Positions 9,840 through 19,864 of a DNA stretch of 64,000 nucleotides are shown here, one piece after another; within the stretch, counting starts at the first letter, position 1, and every line of letters starts with the position of its first letter. The translations under genes were made by a program, and so were the position numbers. Source of the DNA: an uncultured Caldisericales bacterium (GTDB lineage: Bacteria > Caldisericota > Caldisericia > JAAYUI01); assembly GCA_964613055.1 (NCBI GenBank), contig CAZTGD010000005.1:11555-75554 (forward strand). The letters are read 5' to 3'. A model generated the notes under the pieces. That model was not told where the DNA came from. It did not search any database and saw only the letters and a list, made by a program, of their open reading frames with translations.

Positions 9840-12800
9840 TTACTGTTTCAAAGAGTCTTCAACAATCTGTATTTCTTCTGGTGTAAGCTCATAGAGTTCA
9901 TATACCAAATCATCAATCATTTTATCTGTCATTTCTATTTGTCTGTTTAACAGGTCTTTTTCATGTGAAGTCTTTGTTTTAGCAAGTTGTTTGTTTAGCT
10001 CAAGCATAGTTTCTACAAGTTGCACAATTTTGTCGTGTTTTTTCTTTTCGTTTGGGCTTTTGAGGTCGAGGATTTTGATTGGGATACTTTTAAGATACGT
10101 TGTCTTGTAAATATAATACCCTCCGGCTTTTGGGACTGTAGATTTTTTATAATAAAACTCAACAAGCTTAGAATTTAGGACACCTAAAACAAAAGGCATC
10201 GAGTAAACTTCTGAAGGTTTTAAAATAATCCCACATGTCGTATCTCCATACAGACAACCATCTTCAGCAACAGAGAATCTATTACAATCTGCCATCTCTG
10301 GTACGACAATCTTTTTTCCTGAGATTACATCAAATTTTCTTGGACACCACAATTCATACCATTTCTTTTTTGATTTTTTAAAATATTCTCTTCCATCAAG
10401 ATCTTTTCTTCTGGCTGACAAATAATTGTAAATATTTTTATATCCTTGTAGTTCTTCTTCAGATAAAAAAATTGTTTTATCATCAGAAAACTTGTATGGG
10501 TAAATAATGTGATCTTCTACATCACCAATATGGTATCTCTGAATATTTTTTCCTCTCAACTGTGGAAATATAATTGATTCTTCTAGCAACTTATCTCTTA
10601 TTTCTTGTTTTGAGATGACAAAAACTGAATTGTTCCCAGAAACAATACCCTCAGAAATTGCCTTTGTAATAACATCAAGTTTTATGGAATTCTTTCTCAT
10701 TTTTTCAAGTAACTCATTATGCTTTTTCGGTCTAATCACCCAAACATCAGATGAAAGGGAATTTTGATTTCCATGGATAGACCTTGAGTTTAGGCTTCTC
10801 ACTCTGTAGTTGAATTTTAGATTAGAATCAATTGTTTTACATTTTTGAAAGATAAAAATTCCAGTATAATTTGTTGCACCTTTGAAAACTTGAACATCTT
10901 CGAAATCACATATACTTTCAATCTGAACATTTTCTAAAAGATATTTTCTTATATCTTTTCCATGTGTCCGTTTCATAAAATTTGTTGGACAAATAAAACC
11001 GAACTCCCCATCATTATCCAGAAGGTCTACCGATCTTTCAATAAATGGAATATACAGATCAAATCTACCTTTTGCAGACTTATACACAAGTGTTAGGTGT
11101 TTTTTTACATCTTTAAATCCATGAAAACCTAAATACGGTGGATTACCAATCACAGCGTCAAAACCATAACCTTTTTCAAGCTCTCGAGAGGGAGATTCCA
11201 AATCAAGTTTGGAATGACGTGAGTTTTTCCATTTGATGATTTTTGGAAACTCTTTATCCCAATCAAAAGCATTGATTTTTCTCAAATGATCTAAATCATT
11301 TCTCTTGACAGGGTTTAGATCGTAGAAATCACTTTCAATAAGGCTGTTACCACACTTGATGTTTTCACCGAGGTCGGGTAATGCTCTTTTCATTCCTAGG
11401 TCTGGGCTGTTTTCCTCTTCCAGCACTTTTAATAAAAGGTTTAGCTTTGCCACTTCCACCGCTTGTGTGTCTATGTCTACGCCATAGATATTATTCAAAA
11501 GAATTTCTTTTTTCTTTTCGGTTGAGAGTCTCCAACCGCCTTTTATTTCATAGATTGGTTGATTCTTTTTCTTTGCATATTTTTCTGGATCATTATTACT
11601 GTAGTAGTCAAGATGCCAGTCAATAAGATGTTGGAATGCTCCGAGTAAAAATGAACCTGAACCACAAGCTGGGTCAAGAATCTTTAATTTTGAGGCTTGT
11701 TTTGGTGTTTTCCCTTCAAGCAATTTACCAACAGTGTTGCTAACGATGTAATCAACAATGTATTTTGGCGTATAATAAACACCTCCAGCTTTCCTAACCT
11801 CTGGTTTTTCCTCAATTGTTGCTTGATGTGAATCATCTAATGTGATTACCCTTCCCAAAAATTTTTCATAGACATGACCAAGAATATCCACAGGTAGTAT
11901 TGAAAAATCGAAATTATAATATGGAGGGTAAAGATTATCGATTATCTCTTTTAGAACCGTGTCGTCAATTTTAATATTTTTTGAGTAATTATCAAAATCT
12001 GGTCTTCCATCCTCTTTTTTAAAATGAAACAAGCCTGAGTTATATTTTGTATCAGCATGATCGTAGATAGCTATGAGTTTCGAGTAAACATTTTTACCCT
12101 TCATAGCTTCATCAAGTTTAAACTCTTTTCTATTCTCAATCCCTCTATCTTCAGCAATTCTCAGGAACAGGATTCTATCAATAGTTCTTTGTACAACACT
12201 GTTTAGAAGGTAAACATCAAGACCTTTGTTTTTAAGTGCAATGTTTGTTGCTAGTTTTTCTCTCCAACCTTCTATCATTTTCAAAAGTGTTTCATCAACA
12301 GGTTCTCTTTTCCCTTTGACTAGGTGCTGATAGTCATCAAGTAATTTATCCAAAGAACCTCTCGCTACATTCTCACGTCCTAGATAGCCTTCAATCTCAT
12401 CCCATTTTTTTATGTAATCCTCAAAGTGGTATTTCCTTAATAATCCAACATGCGGTCTATCTGACTTATCTTTTGGCTGAACACGTACATCATATAAACT
12501 GAGATACTCAAAATTTGATAAGATCGAAACGTATATCGTATCATTGTTCCACCCATAACGTCTAAGCTGATATGCAGAATCTTTATCATCTAAAATATTT
12601 ACTGATGGCTTTTTTGTTTCAAGAAAAAAAGCTGGAGCTCCGCCAATTCTGAACAAATAATCGGGTTTTTTTGTCCCAGAACCTTGCATACGCTGGCTAT
12701 ACTGCTGTTCAACATCTCTGTATCTCTCAGGTTTTCCATCCTTATTTGAAATATCCCAACCAAGTGCTTCAAACAAAGGATCAATAAAATCTGTACAAAG

Positions 12801-12890
12801 TGATGTTTCTTTATAACTGGTTTCTTTGTAAGTATCGATGTAGTTTCTAAATGTAGCGACACGTTCAACAACAGTCTTTGGTATGCTCAT
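9840..12890 (-). CDS. Type IIG restriction-modification enzyme (nuclease + N6-adenine MTase + TaqI-like TRD)
   Basis: N-terminal PDY...LETK (PD-(D/E)xK), GGVYYTP, motif I DPACGSGSFL, motif IV GNPPY, C-terminal specificity region. Confidence 0.92.
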   Translation of the reverse strand: MSIPKTVVERVATFRNYIDTYKETSYKETSLCTDFIDPLFEALGWDISNKDGKPERYRDVEQQYSQRMQGSGTKKPDYLFRIGGAPAFFLETKKPSVNILDDKDSAYQLRRYGWNNDTIYVSILSNFEYLSLYDVRVQPKDKSDRPHVGLLRKYHFEDYIKKWDEIEGYLGRENVARGSLDKLLDDYQHLVKGKREPVDETLLKMIEGWREKLATNIALKNKGLDVYLLNSVVQRTIDRILFLRIAEDRGIENRKEFKLDEAMKGKNVYSKLIAIYDHADTKYNSGLFHFKKEDGRPDFDNYSKNIKIDDTVLKEIIDNLYPPYYNFDFSILPVDILGHVYEKFLGRVITLDDSHQATIEEKPEVRKAGGVYYTPKYIVDYIVSNTVGKLLEGKTPKQASKLKILDPACGSGSFLLGAFQHLIDWHLDYYSNNDPEKYAKKKNQPIYEIKGGWRLSTEKKKEILLNNIYGVDIDTQAVEVAKLNLLLKVLEEENSPDLGMKRALPDLGENIKCGNSLIESDFYDLNPVKRNDLDHLRKINAFDWDKEFPKIIKWKNSRHSKLDLESPSRELEKGYGFDAVIGNPPYLGFHGFKDVKKHLTLVYKSAKGRFDLYIPFIERSVDLLDNDGEFGFICPTNFMKRTHGKDIRKYLLENVQIESICDFEDVQVFKGATNYTGIFIFQKCKTIDSNLKFNYRVRSLNSRSIHGNQNSLSSDVWVIRPKKHNELLEKMRKNSIKLDVITKAISEGIVSGNNSVFVISKQEIRDKLLEESIIFPQLRGKNIQRYHIGDVEDHIIYPYKFSDDKTIFLSEEELQGYKNIYNYLSARRKDLDGREYFKKSKKKWYELWCPRKFDVISGKKIVVPEMADCNRFSVAEDGCLYGDTTCGIILKPSEVYSMPFVLGVLNSKLVEFYYKKSTVPKAGGYYIYKTTYLKSIPIKILDLKSPNEKKKHDKIVQLVETMLELNKQLAKTKTSHEKDLLNRQIEMTDKMIDDLVYELYELTPEEIQIVEDSLKQ

Positions 12891-12996
12891 CTGAACTCCT
12901 AGCCTCTAAATAATTACCATTCACACATCAAATCATCTATTCTAGTGTAATACGTCTTAATAGCTTTGATAGCTGGTTTAAGTTGTAGGTTTTTAC

Positions 12997-13539
12997 TCAC
13001 GCACACACCATCCTCTTCAGCATATCACCAAAGATGAAAGCAGGTTTCCTTACAGGGGTTTTCTTTGACTTGGCTCTTGGTTTGTTGCCGTGGTGTTCAT
13101 TATCCTTTTTTGGCTGTCCACCGACATAGGCTTCATCCATTTCAACAATACCCCTTAAAAGGCTTTTATCAGGTTCAAGTAATGCTTTTCTAATCTGAAC
13201 CGATATTCTGTAGCCTGTCTTAACAGTAACACCGATATCCCTTGAAAGTTGACGGCTAGATATAGACTTCTTTGCGTTGGCAATAAGGAATATAGCCATA
13301 AACCATTTGGGTAAAGGTAAACGAGTGTGATGAAACATCGTTTTAGTAAGTACCGTGAATGACTTATGACAGTCCTTACACTGCCAACGTTTGGTGGTTC
13401 TTGAAGGGTCGTGATGTGTTGTTGTGGAATAAGAACCGCAATAAGGACAGTAGACACCCTTTGCAAACCTTATTGCTTCAAGCTTTTCTACACATTTTTC
13501 GTGTGTCCCGAATTGGTTTGTTATGTCTAATAAGTTCAT
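12997..13539 (-). pseudogene. IS1595-family transposase with internal deletion
   Basis: Zn ribbon CPYC...QCKDC, HTH (SSRQLSRDIGVT..T.YR), VEMDEAYVGG and KTPV, then directly a C-terminal-like tail. The remaining DDE residues are absent. Confidence 0.85.
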
Positions 13540-13545
13540 AACTAT

Positions 13546-13573
13546 ATATTAGCAGGTTTTGTTGAGTTGTCAA
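13546..13573 (-). promoter_or_regulatory. transposase promoter, probably leaderless transcript
   Basis: Minus strand TTGACA-N16-TAATAT; the ATG is 6 nt after the -10 box and there is no SD. Confidence 0.55.
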
Positions 13574-13611
13574 GTCCTTAGAGGGAACAATATTGTGAAG
13601 ATGCTGCTAAC

Positions 13612-13639
13612 TTGATATTCATATTATCGATGTTATTAT
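13612..13639 (+). promoter_or_regulatory. candidate promoter of the leader/ABC/selD operon
   Basis: TTGATA-N16-TATTAT with TGn extended -10. Confidence 0.45.
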
Positions 13640-13664
13640 GTTTGTCAGTATGAAGGAGGACCAA

Positions 13665-13766
13665 GTGTCTAAACAGAGATCACTTTGAGCTTGTAGAGAC
13701 GGGCAGTTAGCCTGTCAGGTTCAGGTGATCTACCGCTTCAAGCCGATCACCTGAGAATTCAAATAG
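13665..13766 (+). CDS. putative selenocysteine-containing leader peptide MSKQRSL-U-ACRDGQLACQVQVIYRFKPIT-U-EFK
   Basis: SD AAGGAGG at 13653-13659, GTG at 13665, in-frame TGA at 13686 and 13752, TAG at 13764. SECIS-like hairpin loops start 16 nt after each TGA. Confidence 0.6.
13698..13716 (+). promoter_or_regulatory. bacterial SECIS-like hairpin of leader UGA1
   Basis: Stem GACGGGC/GCCTGTC, loop AGTTA with G at position 2, loop 16 nt after the UGA. A lower stem 13686-13692/13717-13723 can include the UGA. Confidence 0.6.
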
Positions 13767-13779
13767 ACTTAGGAGGTCT
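13765..13779 (+). promoter_or_regulatory. SD-sequestering hairpin, possible second SECIS
   Basis: AGACTT-AGG-AGGTCT contains the AGGAGG SD of the gene at 13783. Its loop begins 16 nt after UGA2. Confidence 0.5.
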
Positions 13780-13782
13780 GAT

Positions 13783-14937
13783 ATGAAGCGATTTGTTGTG
13801 TTTACTCTTTTAGTTGTGTTGTCTTTTGGGTTGTTTGTCTCGTGTGGTGGAGAAGCTACAACTGATAATTCTAATAATGATTTGAATGAACAACTGCCGT
13901 TACTGAAGGTAGGTCACGTTAACCAGGATCATCACCTTGCTCTCTATGTTGCGGCATTGAAGGGTGATTTCTTTAAAAAAGACGGCGTCTGGATGACTGA
14001 GATTAAACCCAAGGAAAGATACACCCTGCACACCAATGATGGTCCGATTGCTGAGATTCAGTTGATTGTAACCAAGGGCGGAGCTGAGATGCCAAACAAC
14101 CTGTTGGCTGGACTGTTTGATATTGGTTTTGGTGGTCTTCCTGCAGTAATGGGTGTTGTCGACAAAGGCAAGGATGTTCGTGTCTTGATGCCACTTCAAA
14201 ATGAAGGAGATCAGTTGATCGTTGAAAAAGAGATGCCCGTTGAAAACTGGGATGAATTTGTTGAATACGTCAAGAACTCCGATGAACAAATTGTTTTAGG
14301 CTACAAAGCACCTACTGCCGTGCAGTATATAATTGCGCAAAAAGCATTCTCTGAAGTAGGCATATCATACACAGAAGATCCAACTGATACTGAAGCAATG
14401 GTTTTATGGGTTAACCAAAAGGGTCAGAAGAATATGACTTCGAACCTAGCCGCTGGCCAGATTGACGGTTTTGTGGCAAACCAACCCACTCCAGCTCAAG
14501 CAATCATATCAGATGTAGGCAAATTCATCACAGAGTTAACCGTCTTACCGCCCGAAGGTATGTGGGCACAACACCCATGTTGTGTGGTCTGCAGTAACGA
14601 GAGGGTAAAGACAGAGCACCCAGAAGCGGTAAAACAGTTTCTCAAGCTCATCATGCTTGCCACTGATCATATCAATGATGATATGAATGATGCCATTAAT
14701 ACTGCTTATGAATTCCTTGGACAAAAAGAGGGTGTTGAAGATCTGTCAATTCCAACCGTTTCTTTCAGTAATGAAGACGACGAAATCTGGAGAGGTGGAT
14801 TGGTTACCTGGGTTAATGTCATGAATGAGATAGGCAAGTACAGTGGAGACCTAATGGGTGTAAACGATGAAACCGCTGTTGATATGTGTGTTGACTTCAC
14901 ATTTCTGGAAGAGCTTAAAAAGGAGCTTGGAAAATAG
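13783..14937 (+). CDS. NitT/TauT-family ABC transporter substrate-binding lipoprotein
   Basis: Lipobox FVSC, AGLFDIGFGG, IDGFVANQP and HPCC motifs; SD AGGAGG. Confidence 0.9.
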   Translation: MKRFVVFTLLVVLSFGLFVSCGGEATTDNSNNDLNEQLPLLKVGHVNQDHHLALYVAALKGDFFKKDGVWMTEIKPKERYTLHTNDGPIAEIQLIVTKGGAEMPNNLLAGLFDIGFGGLPAVMGVVDKGKDVRVLMPLQNEGDQLIVEKEMPVENWDEFVEYVKNSDEQIVLGYKAPTAVQYIIAQKAFSEVGISYTEDPTDTEAMVLWVNQKGQKNMTSNLAAGQIDGFVANQPTPAQAIISDVGKFITELTVLPPEGMWAQHPCCVVCSNERVKTEHPEAVKQFLKLIMLATDHINDDMNDAINTAYEFLGQKEGVEDLSIPTVSFSNEDDEIWRGGLVTWVNVMNEIGKYSGDLMGVNDETAVDMCVDFTFLEELKKELGK

Positions 14938-15779
14938 ACAGGGAAAGACTTAAAACAATCATATGGAGTATTGCAGGTGCGATAATCTTACCTGCAATAC
15001 TCTTCCTTGTGTGGGATTATTCAGCAATGAGGATGGGATCATCGACACTTCTTCCAAGGGTTGGCGATGTATTCGATGTATTGATTCATCCAACACGTGA
15101 TCTTATCAGACAAGGATCCCTTCTGTATCATGTGTATATCTCTTCGATTCGTGTTCTAACTGGTTTTCTAATAGGTTCCCTCCTTGCGGTAATAATCGGT
15201 ATGATGATGGGCATGTGGGAAAGAGTAAGGGATTTTATCACTCCGTTTATTGAACTAATGAGACCACTTTGCCCAGTAGCTTGGATACCATTCGCTATCA
15301 TCATCTTTGGTGGTTCGACACTATCGAATGTCTTTGGTTATAGATTCACTGAGAGCATACTAGACTACATACAGACTGCTCAGTTGTTCATAATTGCTTG
15401 GGGTGCTTTCTTTCCCGTATTGATAAACACCATTGATGGCGTAATGGGTGTTAGAAAAATATGGATTGAAACAGCAAAAACAATGAGTGCCGCACCTCAC
15501 CAGATATGGGCAAAGGTGATACTGCCGGGAAGCTTCCCAAGGATTTTAACTGGGCTGAAGGTAGGACTTGGCATCTCATGGATGGTAGTTATAGCTGCAG
15601 AGATGTTCCCAGGACCTCCAGGTGGTATTGGATACTTGATGATGGAGGCGTATGCCCAAACTGAAATACACATCCTTGCGGCAGGATTGATAGCCGTTGG
15701 ATTGGTGGGTGCATTGCTCAATGGTATCCTAAGTGCAATATACCGCATTTTTGCTAACTGGCAGGCAAAGGAGCGCTGA
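14934..15779 (+). CDS. NitT/TauT-family ABC permease (probable ATA start at 14934; first conventional start GTG 15009)
   Basis: RPLCPVAW, EAA-like ETAKTMSA, PGSFPRILTGLKVGLG.SW.VVIAAE. The frame is open upstream of 15009 and encodes a plausible N-terminal TM helix. Confidence 0.88.
   Translation: MDRERLKTIIWSIAGAIILPAILFLVWDYSAMRMGSSTLLPRVGDVFDVLIHPTRDLIRQGSLLYHVYISSIRVLTGFLIGSLLAVIIGMMMGMWERVRDFITPFIELMRPLCPVAWIPFAIIIFGGSTLSNVFGYRFTESILDYIQTAQLFIIAWGAFFPVLINTIDGVMGVRKIWIETAKTMSAAPHQIWAKVILPGSFPRILTGLKVGLGISWMVVIAAEMFPGPPGGIGYLMMEAYAQTEIHILAAGLIAVGLVGALLNGILSAIYRIFANWQAKER
14966..15002. repeat. perfect 13-bp inverted repeat just after the SBP stop codon
   Basis: GAGTATTGCAGGT-N11-ACCTGCAATACTC; no U-tract. 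Confidence 0.75.
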
Positions 15780-15781
15780 TT

Positions 15782-16573
15782 ATGGTAAAGATAAGTGGTG
15801 TATTCAAGCGTTTCGACGAAACCGAGGTGCTGAAGAATATTAACCTCAAGTTTCTACCTGGTGAGTTCAATTGTCTACTCGGTCCAACTGGATGTGGGAA
15901 AACCACTCTTTTGAGGATTATTGCAGGGTTGCTCAAACCTGATCTGGGTGTTGTAAAGATTGATAAACCGACAATATCAATGATCTTTCAACAGCAAACG
16001 CTATTCCCGTGGAGGAATGCACTTTCAAATGTGTGTCTTCCTCTCGAGTTTATGGGCTATCCAAAGAAAGAGCGAATTGAGATGGCCTACAGACGGCTAG
16101 AAGAGGTAGGGATGGTTGACCAAGCCAGAAAGAAAGTATTCCATTTATCTGGTGGTATGCAACAGCGTGTACAGATAGCAAGAGCGTTGGTATCAAACCC
16201 GAGTGTCTTGCTTGCTGATGAACCCTTCGGAGCGCTCGATGAAAAAACAAGATATAACCTCCAACGTCAGATTCGAGATGTCGCAACTCGCAACAATATG
16301 AGTGTGATCTTTGTTACTCACAACGTCTCTGAGGCTATTTATCTTGGTGATCGCATCGTTGTCATCGGTAACCATCGGGTGAAAGCAGACTATGACCTCA
16401 CGGAACCACACCCAAGAAACAGAATCTCAGAGTGGTTTTCTGATCGAATTATTGAAGTTCGACAAGTGTTTGAGAACCTGATCATCTCGAATGAAGCAAA
16501 TGATGAAATTGAGAATGTAGAAAGAGATGATTTTAAGACAGTTAAAATGGATGTGCAAAATGAAGATGAATAA
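15782..16573 (+). CDS. NitT/TauT-family ABC ATP-binding protein
   Basis: Walker A GPTGCGKTT, signature LSGGMQQR, Walker B LLADEPFGALD, H-loop VTH. Confidence 0.95.
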   Translation: MVKISGVFKRFDETEVLKNINLKFLPGEFNCLLGPTGCGKTTLLRIIAGLLKPDLGVVKIDKPTISMIFQQQTLFPWRNALSNVCLPLEFMGYPKKERIEMAYRRLEEVGMVDQARKKVFHLSGGMQQRVQIARALVSNPSVLLADEPFGALDEKTRYNLQRQIRDVATRNNMSVIFVTHNVSEAIYLGDRIVVIGNHRVKADYDLTEPHPRNRISEWFSDRIIEVRQVFENLIISNEANDEIENVERDDFKTVKMDVQNEDE

Positions 16574-17600
16574 AGAGGAGGAGTTCCGACTGACAAAGTT
16601 TGCCGGTTGTGCTGGTTGAGAAAGCAAGTGGGGGCCGGGTGCTCTCAAAGAACTCCTTCGTGATCTACCCAGATTTGATTCTAAGGATTTGATAACACGC
16701 GATGTCACAAAAGCAGATGCTGTTGTATTCAGGTTGGACAAAGATCGATATGGCATCTACTCAGTCGATGTATTCTCACCAATAGTCGAAGACCCAGAGT
16801 CATTTGGCAGAGTAGTCTTTGCCAACAGTATTTCTGACATATGTGCAATGGGCGGTAAACCTTTGGTTGCTTTGAACGTGTGTATGTTTCCCCTTCAGGT
16901 ACCCGTTGACAAACTGAATAGCATACTCCTCGGTGCATCAAAGGCCGCAATTGAGAATGGTGTGTTCATCGCTGGTGGTCACACCACAAAGAATGACGAG
17001 CTGCATTATGGGTTGTCTGTGTTTGGCGAATGCAAACCGGAAAATCTGAGAATGGCGAATAATGCTCGGGATGGTGATCACATAATCCTTACAAAAGCAA
17101 TAGGTACGGGCATCATGTTTGCCGCTAAAGACAAGGTGGATAGTTTGGAATGGGACAGTGCAGTGCAATCCATGATGCAAACGTCTATCAAAGCATCAGA
17201 AATTTTGACCCACTTTGGATGCCGATGTAGCACTGATATAACGGGTTTTGGTCTTGTCCCACACCTGTTTGAGGTGTTGGAGGAATCAAAGCTTTCAGCG
17301 GATATCATTCCAGAGAATATACCTTTACTGCCAGGTGTTTTTGACTTGGCTAATATATATCTCTGCCCTGTTCTATCTGATAACATGGGATTGGTAGGTA
17401 ACAATTTCATTGCAGGTGATTCAGACCCGAGGTGGATGAATATCTGTTTTGATGCGCAGACCTCAGGAGGTTTACTCGCTTTTCTCTCGCCGGACAAATC
17501 AGATGAGTGTGTCATAGAGCTTAAAAAGGCAGGATATCCTGCAAGTGTAATTGGAAGTGTGTCAAAAGGCAAACCTCAAGTTAGATTGGTTACAAAATAA
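16566..17600 (+). CDS. selD: selenide, water dikinase; itself a selenoprotein (Sec at codon 18)
   Basis: ATG 16566 gives MNKEEEFRLTKFAGCAG-U(TGA 16617)-ESKWGP, in frame with the 16689 ORF. SelD motifs ANSISDICAMGG, GGHT, TDITGFGL and DAQTSGGLL are present. Confidence 0.93.
16630..16646 (+). promoter_or_regulatory. bacterial SECIS element of selD
   Basis: Stem GGGGGC/GCTCTC, loop CGGGT with G at position 2, loop 16 nt after the UGA. Confidence 0.7.
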
Positions 17601-17794
17601 AAGCTAGTGTTTTTGTTGACGGTTTAGCACTGTTAAATTGGTACTTAGATAATTGGTACTTTGATGTATTTACATCCTTATTAATTCATAACAATAATAA
17701 TTAGCTATATATCTAAATATATAGATAGTGGTCAAATATAAAATTTTCAACCTTAAATGCCATTATCATTATCTATGAAATATTGTTATCAATG

Positions 17795-17820
17795 AAAAAA
17801 CCTCCGAAGGGTTCGGAGGT
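17795..17820 (-). terminator. rho-independent terminator downstream of 16S
   Basis: Perfect 9-bp stem ACCTCCGAA/TTCGGAGGT, 3-nt loop, followed by a U-tract on the minus strand. Confidence 0.85.
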
Positions 17821-17916
17821 CATCACTGGTGACAGAAAGAAAACTAGATAGCAATTTTTTATGAAAGTCTTGTCCAACGGATTGTGTCTCTGCATTCCTG
17901 CAGAGAAAAGCTCCTT

Positions 17917-19455
<1,539 letters not shown>

Positions 19456-19582
19456 TCTTATTGTTAGGTGCTCTCACACCTATTGTCATTCATGGAATTG
19501 TATCGGATCATGACTTTCTTTATGAACTGCTATCTAGTTTTCAAACTGCCACATCTCCCAGAGATCGTCCCAGGGAAAAAGC

Positions 19583-19611
19583 ATTCTACCACAAACGGAA
19601 TGCGATGTCAA
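19583..19611 (-). promoter_or_regulatory. rRNA promoter
   Basis: Minus strand TTGACA-N17-TAGAAT; boxA-like TTTGAAAACT at 19536-19545. Confidence 0.8.
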
Positions 19612-19805
19612 TCGCTGACCTATTCGGTCAACGGTTTATGAAATATAACCTGAAAAGGATAACAGTCAAGGATGCATCTTAATAGATGACAAAAGTAGTG
19701 AATATCGCATCTATCAGTCATTAGCAAATTCTGTTTACTTATACCTTTAACCATAATAGAATCAAATCAATGATTAAGTCGGATTCAAGAAGATTATTCA
19801 ATTAC

Positions 19806-19852
19806 TTGACAAATGAAATGAGGTGGATATATTTATTGCAACAATCTTGCAA
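19806..19852 (+). promoter_or_regulatory. feo promoter and candidate operator
   Basis: TTGACA-N16-TATATT followed by the palindrome TTGCAA-N5-TTGCAA (19836-19852) abutting the SD. Confidence 0.55.
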
Positions 19853-19864
19853 AAGGAGATGATC

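Larger units (their letters stand above)
9436..13589 (-). mobile_element. putative IS1595-derived element carrying a Type IIG R-M gene
   Basis: Imperfect inverted repeats TGTTCCCTTAAAGGGCT (9436-9452) versus the reverse complement of 13573-13589, TGTTCCCTCTAAGGACT (14/17), enclose the transposase remnant and the R-M gene. No target duplication seen. Confidence 0.4.

Noticed and set aside
16689-17600. Track ORF as the complete selD
   Set aside because: Lacks the catalytic N-terminus; extended to 16566 through the Sec UGA.
17636-17724. AT-rich stretch with AATTGGTACTT direct repeat and CTATATAT/ATATATAG palindrome as dif or oriC
   Set aside because: No complete XerC/XerD arms and no DnaA boxes.
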